A stretch of DNA of 64,000 bases from Chlorobiota bacterium (lineage in GTDB: Bacteria; Bacteroidota; Ignavibacteria; OLB7). Below the pieces are notes generated by a model. That model was given only the letters and a program-made list of their open reading frames with translations, did not search any database and had not been told where the DNA came from. This document shows, one piece after another, positions 9,908-20,173 of the stretch; position 1 is the stretch's first letter; each line of letters opens with the position of its first letter. The position numbers and the translations under genes are program-made. The stretch lies in NCBI GenBank assembly GCA_028287785.1, contig JAQBOZ010000004.1:47288-111287 (forward strand). The letters run 5' to 3'.

Positions 9908-10137
9908 GACTGTTGAAGGATGTTATCTGCGGCGTTGTCCTTCGCGTTCGCTCATTGCGGTGTCCGTAAGACGCCTCATTCGCTCGCGCTCGGCCGCCTT
10001 CCGGCCATTGTCGAACAGCCTGTGTACTTGTATCTCGGGGAACTCTACTGTGTTGGTGGAGAAATCTCTTCAAGCCCCGGAGGGGCGCAATACCTGGTGC
10101 GCCGGGCATCGCCCGGCGCGCTGAATTATTCATCATC
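9908..10137 (+). repeat. Structured intergenic repeat, long copy (copy A), homologous to 44950-45062
   Basis: The head GACTGTTGAAGGATGTTATCTGCGGCGTTG and the tail GTTGGTGGAGAAATCTCTTCAAGCCCCGGAGGGGCGCAATACCTGGTGCGCCGGGCATCGCCCGGCGCGCTGAATTATTCAT both align with 44950-45062. About 120 bp of extra sequence lies between head and tail. Confidence 0.6.
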
Positions 10138-10797
10138 ATCCCTGATATCCAGCCCGAACATAAGCGCAATCGATACCGCCTGATTCGGATCGATAATGGC
10201 GCCGCGCAATTCGGCCCCTCCGGCACGGAGTCCGTCGATATGGGAGCCGCGCAGATCGGTGCCGGCAAGCCTCGCCTGAGTCATATCGGCATTCGTCAGA
10301 TCGCACCCGCGGAACGTAAGATCGGCCGGATGTATTCCCTCGAACGAGGCGCGGCGGAGGAGCGTGTTTTCGAATCGCGAGCGCTTGATCGTCGACGCCC
10401 AGAAGAGGGACATCTCGCCGCTGCACTCGCGGAAGAGGGCGCTGGAAAGATGGGCCTCGGAGAAGTTGGTTCCGGTACATCGGCAGCCGATGAACGCGAC
10501 GCGATGAAACGTGGCCTTGCGAAGATCGGCGCCGGAAAAATCGCACTCCTCGAACCGGACATCGCTGAACTGGGCTCCCGCCAGGACCGCCTGTCCAAAC
10601 CTGACGCGCCGGAACCAGGATTCCTCCACAATAACGTTCCGTGCCTCGCCGCCGCTCAGATCGCAATCCTCAACCGCCAGCTCGCGATATTCCGCGTCAT
10701 CGGTAAACCCTCCGTGCGGAAATTCGCTGCTGAAATCGTTGTCGAAGAGTCGTGGGGGGAGTGGCTCGTTATCGGCGACGGCGGGTTTGCGTTTCAT
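10126..10797 (-). CDS. Pentapeptide-repeat protein
   Basis: It contains continuous A(D/N)LXX-type repeats, for example CDLSGGEARN, FSDVRFEECDFSGADLRKATFHRVAFIGCRCTGTNFSEAHLSSALF and LTNADMTQARLAGTDLRGSHI. Confidence 0.85.
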   Translation of the reverse strand: MKRKPAVADNEPLPPRLFDNDFSSEFPHGGFTDDAEYRELAVEDCDLSGGEARNVIVEESWFRRVRFGQAVLAGAQFSDVRFEECDFSGADLRKATFHRVAFIGCRCTGTNFSEAHLSSALFRECSGEMSLFWASTIKRSRFENTLLRRASFEGIHPADLTFRGCDLTNADMTQARLAGTDLRGSHIDGLRAGGAELRGAIIDPNQAVSIALMFGLDIRDDDE

Positions 10798-10864
10798 GAA
10801 ATTGGATGATCGTATCGTCGGAACAACAGTGGACAGTGCCCTGGCTGGTCGGACGGATAAGGGG

Positions 10865-11140
10865 CTATATCGTCAGCCTGCCGGACCTGATGGTGAGCTG
10901 TTTCTGCTCGATGATATGCCGGCATGCGGCGGAAAGGAGAGTCATGCGGGTGGATATATCGATCTCGAACTCTATCAACGACATGCCCGACATATCGGGC
11001 GAGCCGGAGACGAAATCGAGGCGGCAGAGCCGTTCCTGTTCCTCCACGATAAGGGGAAGGTCATCGGCCACGATCCCAGCGAAATCGCCATGGCGAACCG
11101 CGTCCTCGATCTGCGCGAGGCGTTGCCTGCCTGAAATCAT
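10865..11140 (-). CDS. Hypothetical small protein (91 aa), probably co-transcribed with the pentapeptide-repeat gene
   Basis: It is an ATG-initiated ORF with balanced composition, 67 nt upstream of the pentapeptide gene on the same strand. I recognise no family. Confidence 0.4.
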   Translation of the reverse strand: MISGRQRLAQIEDAVRHGDFAGIVADDLPLIVEEQERLCRLDFVSGSPDMSGMSLIEFEIDISTRMTLLSAACRHIIEQKQLTIRSGRLTI

Positions 11141-11222
11141 GAGATGGCTCCTGCTGATTCGGGGATGTTATCGTTGAAAACAAGCATGATTGCTCGACAA
11201 TTCAACAAGATGGATGCCTTTT

Positions 11223-11252
11223 GAAATATACTATTTCGTTGGGATTGCAAAA
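11223..11252 (-). promoter_or_regulatory. Candidate Bacteroidota-style promoter (TTTG ... TAnnTTTG-like) for the 11140 operon
   Basis: The minus strand reads TTTGCAATCCCAACGAAATAGTATATTTC. That is TTTG, then 17 nt, then TATATTTC, which matches 7 of 8 positions of TAnnTTTG. It sits about 85 nt upstream of the ATG at 11140 inside a visibly AT-rich spacer. Confidence 0.3.
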
Positions 11253-11369
11253 CAAAAAATGTGGACGATATTCAGGGGAAACAGCCGTATTCGTATCATT
11301 TTGAATAGTGATAACGGTCGATGTGGAGGAGCCTGATATTATAATACGTGATTGACAGCAACCGAAACA

Positions 11370-11409
11370 ACAGGGGCGGCCCCGATATCGAGGCCGCCCC
11401 GTAATTCCG
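11370..11409 (-). terminator. Terminator hairpin downstream of thiC
   Basis: GGGGCGGCC (11382-11390) pairs with GGCCGCCCC (11401-11409). On the minus strand TGTTGTTTCGGTT follows. Confidence 0.55.
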
Positions 11410-11427
11410 CACCATGATCCCCACGGA

Positions 11428-13365
<1,938 letters not shown>

Positions 13366-13394
13366 CTAAACGCGCCGTCGTGGCTGGCAGCGGA

Positions 13395-13512
13395 TGAGGG
13401 AAAGCAGGGAAGGGAGGATTTCTCGCCGGGCCGCTTCCCTGCGCCGGTACTAACCGGATCAGGTTCAAAGGGTATCATCTCAGCCCCGGTCATACCCGGA
13501 GCACCCCTAGCA
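13395..13512 (-). promoter_or_regulatory. TPP (THI-box) riboswitch in the thiC leader
   Basis: The minus strand reads CTAGGGGTGCTCCGGGTATGACCGGGGCTGAGATGATACCCTTTGAACCTGATCCGGTTAGTACCGGCGCAGGGAAG. This carries the canonical GGGGUGC, CUGAGA, ACCC, GAACCUGAUCCGG, UACCGGCG and AGGGA elements. It is about 90 nt upstream of the thiC ATG. Confidence 0.88.
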
Positions 13513-13728
13513 GAGTTGGATAAGGCGCGCGCAATATGGGTGAATCGGGGGTCGGATGCAAGCTGGTGTCCGCAGCGCGGTCCCGGCGGAGCCCGGATAT
13601 GGCAAGGCCCGGCGGGTTGAACCGTCGGGCCTGAAAGGAAGTTGATAACGCTTACGCCCCGGAAGGGTCGGGCAGGAATGAGGGACGACCGTGGAGCCCT
13701 TGAGCGCTGGGAGCATCAACCGGCAGTA

Positions 13729-14880
13729 TCAGCGGGCGGAGGCGCGCTCGGTGCTCCAGATGACGCGGCCGGTGATGTCGATATATGCCCACGCATCCCC
13801 ATCCTGCACAAGCGCGGCCCCATCATGGAAATTGAACGCATCGGTGAATGTCGGCGGGATCACCACGGTTCCGGATGTATCGATATAACCATATCTGCCG
13901 CCGACCATTACCGGGGCGCGGCCGCACGAGAAATCATTGACGCGAAAATCGAAATCGAACCCGCTGATCTGTTTCCGCTCGAATGTGGCGGGAATGGCGA
14001 ACACTCCGCGTCTGTCCACGAATCCGAATGTCTTTTTCAGGTCGGTGCGGACCAGCCCCTGGGAGAACCTGCCGACGCTCGCGAATTTTGGAGGGATGAT
14101 GAATTTTCCGGTTCTGTCGATATACCCCGCCTTGTCCTTGACCGTGGCCCAGGCCAGCCCCTCGGAGAATTCCCCGGCGCCCAGGAATTTCGGTGCGATG
14201 ATGAATGTTCCGGTGGTGTCGATAAATCCCCACCTGCCATCAACCTCCACGGCTGCCAGCCCTTCGGAGAACCGTCGCGCGTCCTCCAGTTTCGGCTCCA
14301 CGATCATCCGTCCCGCTCTGTCGATATAGCCGTACGTGCTGAATTCCTTCTGAAAACTGACCAGCGCCCGGCCGTCGGAGAAATACCCGGCCTTCGCATA
14401 TTTTCCCTCGATCACCAGTTTTCCCGTCGAATCGCAATATCCCCATCCGCCGCCGAAATATTCGCTTCCGGAAAATACGGGGCAGAGGCCATCGATGAAA
14501 AACGGTTTGATGGTGGGATATTCACAGTGAAAAATGATATCTCCACCGCGATCGATGCAGCTCCATGTGAACCCGGTGCCGCCGTAATTCACTTCAAATT
14601 CGATTCCCTCCGGCTCATTGACGACATTGGAATGATCGAACGGGATATTGGAGTTGCCATCCAGTACAACCCATGCCAGGCCATTGGAGGAAAAGGGGAG
14701 CGCGCGTCTGAATTTCGGTTGAATAACGATATTCCCGCTCATATCGGCATATCCCCACAGCTTGTCGACAATGATGGGGAGAAGCGGATCTCTCCCATTG
14801 CCGCACGACGGAATTCCTCCGTGCGCCCGCGCCATCGCCAGAAGGGCCAGAAGTGGAAGGAGAAGGATTACGTTTCGCAT
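13729..14880 (-). CDS. Secreted WG-repeat (KWG-type) protein
   Basis: The start at 14880 gives the signal peptide MRNVILLLPLLALLAMARA. There are about 9 repeats of the WGYxDxxGxxVIxPKF type, for example WGFIDTTGTFIIAPKF, AGYIDRTGKFIIPPKF and YGYIDRAGRMIVEPKL. Confidence 0.8.
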   Translation of the reverse strand: MRNVILLLPLLALLAMARAHGGIPSCGNGRDPLLPIIVDKLWGYADMSGNIVIQPKFRRALPFSSNGLAWVVLDGNSNIPFDHSNVVNEPEGIEFEVNYGGTGFTWSCIDRGGDIIFHCEYPTIKPFFIDGLCPVFSGSEYFGGGWGYCDSTGKLVIEGKYAKAGYFSDGRALVSFQKEFSTYGYIDRAGRMIVEPKLEDARRFSEGLAAVEVDGRWGFIDTTGTFIIAPKFLGAGEFSEGLAWATVKDKAGYIDRTGKFIIPPKFASVGRFSQGLVRTDLKKTFGFVDRRGVFAIPATFERKQISGFDFDFRVNDFSCGRAPVMVGGRYGYIDTSGTVVIPPTFTDAFNFHDGAALVQDGDAWAYIDITGRVIWSTERASAR

Positions 14881-14968
14881 ATCGTCAGGAAAGGGGAGGG
14901 ATTGGGTTTTTCCGCCATGTTCATGCCGGCTCTGAAGAACGCCGACATGAACGTGCAATCGCGGATTT

Positions 14969-16165
14969 TCAGTGCGTGAAAATAACGATCGTCGCCTTCC
15001 TGTCCTGCTGGTTGCCGGTTTTTCGCGCTGTTTCGCTCTGGTCGGCGTGCGATTCTCCGTATGATTTCGGGATGATCACCGTCTCGGGGACTTTTTTCTC
15101 CACCAGATATGCCGATACGCTCTGCGCGCGCCGCTTGGAGAGCGCCATATTCGCCGCCTCGTTTCCGACCGCGTCGGTGGAGACCTCGATAAATGCGCCG
15201 GAAATTGTTTTGCCGGTCAGCAGTGTGTCCAGCATCAATTTCGCCGCCGGGGTAAGATCGTGCTTGCCGAGATCGAAATATATTGTCGTGCTGTCGCGCT
15301 GGAATGCGCCGGAGTTGGTCAGGAGCGTCAGCCGTCCGGGGCGCGGAAGGCCGTAGTGCGTGGCGACGTATTTCTTTCCACCGGCGGGGACATCCGTCTC
15401 GTTCCATTTCAGCAGCAGACCGCTGTCGGTATATCCCCCCTGTGCCAGGTCCACATTCCAGACAACCGAATGGAGATAGGGCCACCGGCCCACGTAGAGA
15501 AAATCGGGCTTTACCGCCTTCCCCCTGCTGGTGACCAGCGTGGCCGTCAGCTCATCCTTGTTGCCCGGCACCCGATAGACAAGCACTTCCGATGGAACGT
15601 TCGGCTCGATAAACGATGACTGCGTGGAGATGCGCGTGCCGTCGGCATCCATCTGGCTGGCATCATTATCATCGATCATGGTATCGATCAGCAGCGTCAG
15701 CCCGATTTTTTTCGCGATGTCCGATTTATTCACGATCTCATATTCTATCCGGTAATACTGCCCCCAGCCACCGACCGCCACATCGGCGAATTTCGCGTCG
15801 ACGGGGACAAGCCGCTGCGTCACCTCGATGCCGTTGAACTTGAATGATATCTGCGTGTGCGCCGATGCCTCCTCGCCGGTGTAGAGGAGATTTCCGGTGA
15901 GATATTCCACATCGGAGGAAAATCTCGGGTTATTGCTGGCATATTTTCCATCGACCGCAATCACGAAATGCGATGTGGAATATGGCACCGGATAGCCGTA
16001 CATCAGCCGCTTGTTTCCGGTGCCTATCGTAAAGCGGCCGTCCTCGCCTTCCTGATGGCTGGTATAGACATCGCCGCCGGTGCCTGATAATGTGGCGCAC
16101 CCCGATACTGTCAGCAGGGTTGCGGTAAGAAGGGCCATTCCGATGAAAACCTGGCGATAGCGCAT
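14969..16165 (-). CDS. OmpA-family lipoprotein with an unknown N-terminal domain and a C-terminal OmpA-like peptidoglycan-binding domain
   Basis: It has a lipobox, LLTVSGC. The C-terminus IYFDLGKHDLTPAAK...TDAVGNEAANMALSKRRAQSVSAYL is a typical OmpA_C-like domain. Confidence 0.85.
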   Translation of the reverse strand: MRYRQVFIGMALLTATLLTVSGCATLSGTGGDVYTSHQEGEDGRFTIGTGNKRLMYGYPVPYSTSHFVIAVDGKYASNNPRFSSDVEYLTGNLLYTGEEASAHTQISFKFNGIEVTQRLVPVDAKFADVAVGGWGQYYRIEYEIVNKSDIAKKIGLTLLIDTMIDDNDASQMDADGTRISTQSSFIEPNVPSEVLVYRVPGNKDELTATLVTSRGKAVKPDFLYVGRWPYLHSVVWNVDLAQGGYTDSGLLLKWNETDVPAGGKKYVATHYGLPRPGRLTLLTNSGAFQRDSTTIYFDLGKHDLTPAAKLMLDTLLTGKTISGAFIEVSTDAVGNEAANMALSKRRAQSVSAYLVEKKVPETVIIPKSYGESHADQSETARKTGNQQDRKATIVIFTH

Positions 16166-16238
16166 GGTGCCGACCTGAAAAAATAAATTGGTGTATTGAT
16201 GTCCCCGTAAATCCCGACCCGCCGGGTTGAACAGTCCG

Positions 16239-16712
16239 TCAGCGGAACGTCGCGCTGAATGATCCCTCCGTCACGCGTACCGCCGAAGGATCATCGACCG
16301 TCCCGGCCGAAAAGCCGAACATCCCTTTGATTCCCTCCGAAGAGATTTCGCTGATACGCACCGTTCCGGAGTTTGCGGTAATCGTGCTGAATGAATGTCC
16401 CGCCGAGGAATACACAGCGATATTCGCGGCTCCCGTTCCTTCATCCCCCAGGCGATAGCTCTCCGCGGCGACCACATCGTTCAGCAATATGTCCACCGCC
16501 TCCGTTCCCTCCGGCGTCATCGCGGTTCCGTGAAGGGCAATCGTGGTTGTTCCACGACCCGCGGCGGTCAGCGTTGTCGATCTCCAGATCCTTCCATTGA
16601 CCCTTGCCGTCATGCTCCCCGTTTCCCCGGTCGTCGGGGCGATGCCGGGACCATCGCATCCGGCCACGATCGCTGCAAGAAGGAGCGCAAGCGCAATTGC
16701 TGGCTTCACCAT
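16239..16712 (-). CDS. Hypothetical lipoprotein
   Basis: MVKPAIALALLLAAIVAGCDG is a signal peptide with a lipobox. The body is Thr/Gly-rich and I recognise no family. Confidence 0.6.
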   Translation of the reverse strand: MVKPAIALALLLAAIVAGCDGPGIAPTTGETGSMTARVNGRIWRSTTLTAAGRGTTTIALHGTAMTPEGTEAVDILLNDVVAAESYRLGDEGTGAANIAVYSSAGHSFSTITANSGTVRISEISSEGIKGMFGFSAGTVDDPSAVRVTEGSFSATFR

Positions 16713-16844
16713 GATGCTTCACTCTGCTGATCATCTCCGCCACCGCCGATGGGCGATCGGCCACGTGGCTCATTCTCCGGAAGCAACATATCGTCGAACG
16801 GGGGGTGGGGGACTACTCTAAAACTACTCTATGGTGGGAGGGGC

Positions 16845-17894
16845 TCAGGGGAGGCCGCCGTGCGATCGGATAAACGCCGCTGCCTCCTCCGCGTTATGCT
16901 CGATCGCTATCGCCAGCGGGGTCCGTTGCCTGTTGTCCCTGGCGTTGATATCGGCGCCGTGGGCAACCAGCAACGCTATCATCGGGATGGAGGGGATGCC
17001 GTCCATCGGTTCGAGGGCCGAGGCAAGGGGAATCCTCCCGGCATTGTCGCGCAGATTTTTTTCAGCGCCGTGATTCAGCAGAACCAGCGCAACCACCGTA
17101 TCGGTGGTTGCGGCCGCGAAATGGAGCGGGGTCTGGCCTTCATCATCCACGGCATTGATATCGGCGCCATGCTCCAGCAGCACATCGGCGGCGGCGGAAT
17201 CGGATACGCGTTGCAGCGGGGTGGCGTGGCTGATGGATGTGGCGTTGATCATCGCGCCATGCGCCAGCAGCAGTTCCGTCATCGCGCGTCCCTGGGTCTT
17301 GAAAAGCGGTGTCATCCCGAACGGGTCCTTCGCCTCGATATCGGCGCCATGCTCCAGCAGGAGTTTCACCATCTCATAGCGGCCGAACGCGACGGCGGAC
17401 ATGAGCGGGGTCTGCTCCACGTCGTCGGTTGTGTTCACCTGCGCTCCGTGCTCAATCAGCAGCCGGCCTATTTCGGATCTCCCCTCCATTGCGGCCAGTT
17501 GAAGCGCCGTGTTCTCCCATTTGTCGCGGCGTTCCAGTTGCGCGCCATGTTCCAGCAGCAACGCCACCACCTCCCCGGTGCCCCGCCACGCGGCCAGATG
17601 CAGGGGGGTCATCTCATCGGGGCCCGCGGCGTCGACATCTCCGCCACGTTCCAGCAGCAGCTTCACAACCGCCGGATATCCATGCTCGGCCGCCAGATGA
17701 ATGGGGAGATAGCCTCTCGGGTTCCGGCTTGTGATAAGTTTCGGGTTCTTTTGCAGCAGCTTCTTCACCGTTGCCAGATCACCCTTCGCCGCCGCGTCGT
17801 GGATTGAATCGGCGACGGCGCGCGCCGCGGGCAACAGCATCACCATCGCGCAGATGATCGATCGTACCAATCCGATTCGGTTCATGCTTATCAC
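16845..17894 (-). CDS. Secreted ankyrin-repeat protein (paralog 1, 349 aa)
   Basis: It has a signal peptide ending LLPAARAVA, then about 9 ankyrin repeats (TPLHLAAxxGxxEVVxLLLEHGAxV-type). Confidence 0.9.
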   Translation of the reverse strand: MISMNRIGLVRSIICAMVMLLPAARAVADSIHDAAAKGDLATVKKLLQKNPKLITSRNPRGYLPIHLAAEHGYPAVVKLLLERGGDVDAAGPDEMTPLHLAAWRGTGEVVALLLEHGAQLERRDKWENTALQLAAMEGRSEIGRLLIEHGAQVNTTDDVEQTPLMSAVAFGRYEMVKLLLEHGADIEAKDPFGMTPLFKTQGRAMTELLLAHGAMINATSISHATPLQRVSDSAAADVLLEHGADINAVDDEGQTPLHFAAATTDTVVALVLLNHGAEKNLRDNAGRIPLASALEPMDGIPSIPMIALLVAHGADINARDNRQRTPLAIAIEHNAEEAAAFIRSHGGLP

Positions 17895-18154
17895 TGTTTC
17901 AGCCGATGGGTTCTTCCAGGAGTTCCTGAGGGAATTGGTCGCCAGTTCATTTGGGCGACCGTTCCCGAATGTACGAAGCTCCGGCCGTTCATGAGCGGCG
18001 GGCAGGACCGCGGACCGCGATCAGACATCATAATCGCCACGATATTTTCCATTCGACCGCTTGTACCACCGCAACATCGTCGCCGGGCGTGCCGTAGCCG
18101 AGCCACCCTACATGTATCATTCATTAGCAACTGACAACAAGGGAGCCAATTCAT

Positions 18155-19147
18155 ATGAAGCTACTTATCATCGGCGGGACCGTATTTCTCGGGCGTCATT
18201 TCGTGGAGCAGGCGCTGGCGAAGGGGCACGAGGTTACTCTGTTCAATCGTGGGCTGCACAATGCCGATCTCTTCCCGGAGGCGGAGAAGATCCGTGGCGA
18301 CCGGCAGGGCGATTTATCGGCCCTGGCGGGAAGAACCTGGGACGCGGTGGTCGATTTCTGCGGCTACATTCCGCGCGAAGTCCGGGCCATGGCGGAACTG
18401 CTGGCCGGCTCGGTGGATCACTACACGTTCGTATCGAGCATCTCTGTCTTTTCCGATCACAGCAGGCCGAACGATGAGAACGGCCCGGTGGGAACGCTGG
18501 AGGATGAGACCGTGGAGGAAGTCACCGGCGAGACCTACGGCCCGCTGAAGGCGCTTTGCGAGCAGGCCGCGGAGGCGGCGATGCCGGGTCGTGTCTTCAT
18601 CGTCCGTCCGGGGTTGATCGTTGGCCCGCATGATCCAAGCGATCGGTTCACCTACTGGCCCCACCGGATTGCCCAGGGGGGGGAGGTGCTGGCGCCGGGC
18701 AATCCCGCGAAGCACGTGCAGATTATCGATGGACGCGATCTGGCCGGCTGGATGCTGGAGATGGTGGAGCGGAAGGATACCGGCATCTACAACGCCACCG
18801 GCCCCGATGTTCCCCTGACGATGGGCGATGTGCTGGAGGAGTGCCGCGCGGCAGCCGGCGGAACCGCGACGCTTACCTGGGTGAGCGAGGAGTTTCTGAT
18901 CGAGGAGGAAGTGGGATCGTGGATGGAGATGCCTCTCTGGATTCCCGATGCCGAGGAATACGTCGGCTTCAACGCCGTGGACTGTCGTCAGGCAATCGCC
19001 CACGGGCTTCGGTTCCGCCCGATTTCCGATATCGTCCGCGCCACGCTTGCATGGGATGCCACGTTGCCGGAGCGGGAACTGCGCGCGGGGATGAAGCGTG
19101 AGAGGGAGGAGGAGCTGCTGGCCAAATGGAGTGTGGCGCAGAGCTGA
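18155..19147 (+). CDS. NAD-dependent epimerase/dehydratase family (extended SDR) protein
   Basis: The N-terminus has the Rossmann motif MKLLIIGGTVFLGRHFV, and the rest is SDR-like over its full length. Confidence 0.85.
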   Translation: MKLLIIGGTVFLGRHFVEQALAKGHEVTLFNRGLHNADLFPEAEKIRGDRQGDLSALAGRTWDAVVDFCGYIPREVRAMAELLAGSVDHYTFVSSISVFSDHSRPNDENGPVGTLEDETVEEVTGETYGPLKALCEQAAEAAMPGRVFIVRPGLIVGPHDPSDRFTYWPHRIAQGGEVLAPGNPAKHVQIIDGRDLAGWMLEMVERKDTGIYNATGPDVPLTMGDVLEECRAAAGGTATLTWVSEEFLIEEEVGSWMEMPLWIPDAEEYVGFNAVDCRQAIAHGLRFRPISDIVRATLAWDATLPERELRAGMKREREEELLAKWSVAQS

Positions 19148-19162
19148 CGCCCCTGAAATACA

Positions 19163-19204
19163 AACGGAGGAACGTTGCCGGCCTGTGCCTGTACGTTCCT
19201 CCGT
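19163..19204. terminator. Hairpin between convergent genes (bidirectional terminator candidate)
   Basis: AACGGAGGAACGT (19163-19175) pairs with ACGTTCCTCCGTT (19192-19204). It lies between the plus-strand SDR gene and the minus-strand ankyrin gene. Confidence 0.5.
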
Positions 19205-19259
19205 TCAATTCTTCATCTATTCATAACCCGTCCCGTGCGTCAGGCGGAACGGTGTGCGA

Positions 19260-19925
19260 TCACTGGTCGATGGCGCCCTTGCTTTTCAGCAGCGTCGCGA
19301 TCTCGGTATGATGGCTCATCGTCGCAAGCCGGAGCGGGGTAACTCCGCCGCTGTCGCGGGCGTTGAGGTTGGCGTGCTTCGAGAGGAGCATCTCCACAAG
19401 CATCTTGTTGCCGGAGGAGATCGCCTTGTGAAGCGGCGTCTGCCCTCCCATGTCGCGAGCGTTGACATCGGCCTTCTTGGAGACCAGGAAGCGCGCAAGC
19501 TCAAGCTGCCCGTCCATCGCGGCGATATGAAGCGGCGTCTGTCCGCTGTTGTTCACCGCGTTTACTTTTGCCTTCTTCGAGCAGAGAAGCTGCACGGCGC
19601 CTTCGTTCTTGGAGCCGACTGCAAGATGAAGCGGCGTATCGCCGTTTGCATCGGCCACGTTCACATTCGATCTATTCTGAAGCAGAAGCATGATCATCGC
19701 CCTGTCGCCGTTCATCGCGGCCAGGTGCAGAGGGGTCATGCCATCGCCATCCTTGGCATCGGCCAGTTTTCGATTCTTCTGAAGAATCCCTCTGGCTCCC
19801 TCGACATCGCCATTGCTCACGGCGTCGTGGATACCATCGGCATTGGCCGCGATCGGCATCGCCACTATCATAAGCGTCAGCATCGCCGCTGCAAGCATCC
19901 TGTTCGTTACCTGTTTCATAATCAA
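19260..19925 (-). CDS. Secreted ankyrin-repeat protein (paralog 2, 221 aa)
   Basis: The signal peptide is MIMKQVTNRMLAAAMLTLMIVAMPIAANA, followed by IHDAVSNGD and about 5 ankyrin repeats. Confidence 0.9.
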   Translation of the reverse strand: MIMKQVTNRMLAAAMLTLMIVAMPIAANADGIHDAVSNGDVEGARGILQKNRKLADAKDGDGMTPLHLAAMNGDRAMIMLLLQNRSNVNVADANGDTPLHLAVGSKNEGAVQLLCSKKAKVNAVNNSGQTPLHIAAMDGQLELARFLVSKKADVNARDMGGQTPLHKAISSGNKMLVEMLLSKHANLNARDSGGVTPLRLATMSHHTEIATLLKSKGAIDQ

Positions 19926-20060
19926 ACTCTCCCGTACATGTAGACTGGACTAACCTTTTGAATCGGGACAGCGTTAGAACTTCTGACTGATCGCTTTCGA
20001 TGCTTCTCTGGCCGGATGGCATCGAGGCGCTGTTCCGCGCTTTCCCTATATGGATAGAGC

Positions 20061-20099
20061 AAGATCCGTTCCACGATACCATGGAACGGATCTTTTTTT
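20061..20099 (+). terminator. Canonical rho-independent terminator oriented on the plus strand with no plus-strand gene upstream
   Basis: AAGATCCGTTCCA (20061-20073) pairs with TGGAACGGATCTT (20082-20094), followed by a T run to 20099. Both neighbouring genes are on the minus strand. Confidence 0.55.
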
Positions 20100-20173
20100 C
20101 ATAATGAAAGATATCTCTGTTGTGACGGGGGGATTGTTTTCGGACGATGCCTGTCGGGGTCGCTCACCGGCGG

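Noticed and set aside
10865-11140. A PilZ-like assignment was considered for the 91-aa ORF.
   Set aside because: The RxxxR and D/NxSxxG motifs are not convincingly present (only RQRLAQ and DISTRM). It is kept as hypothetical.
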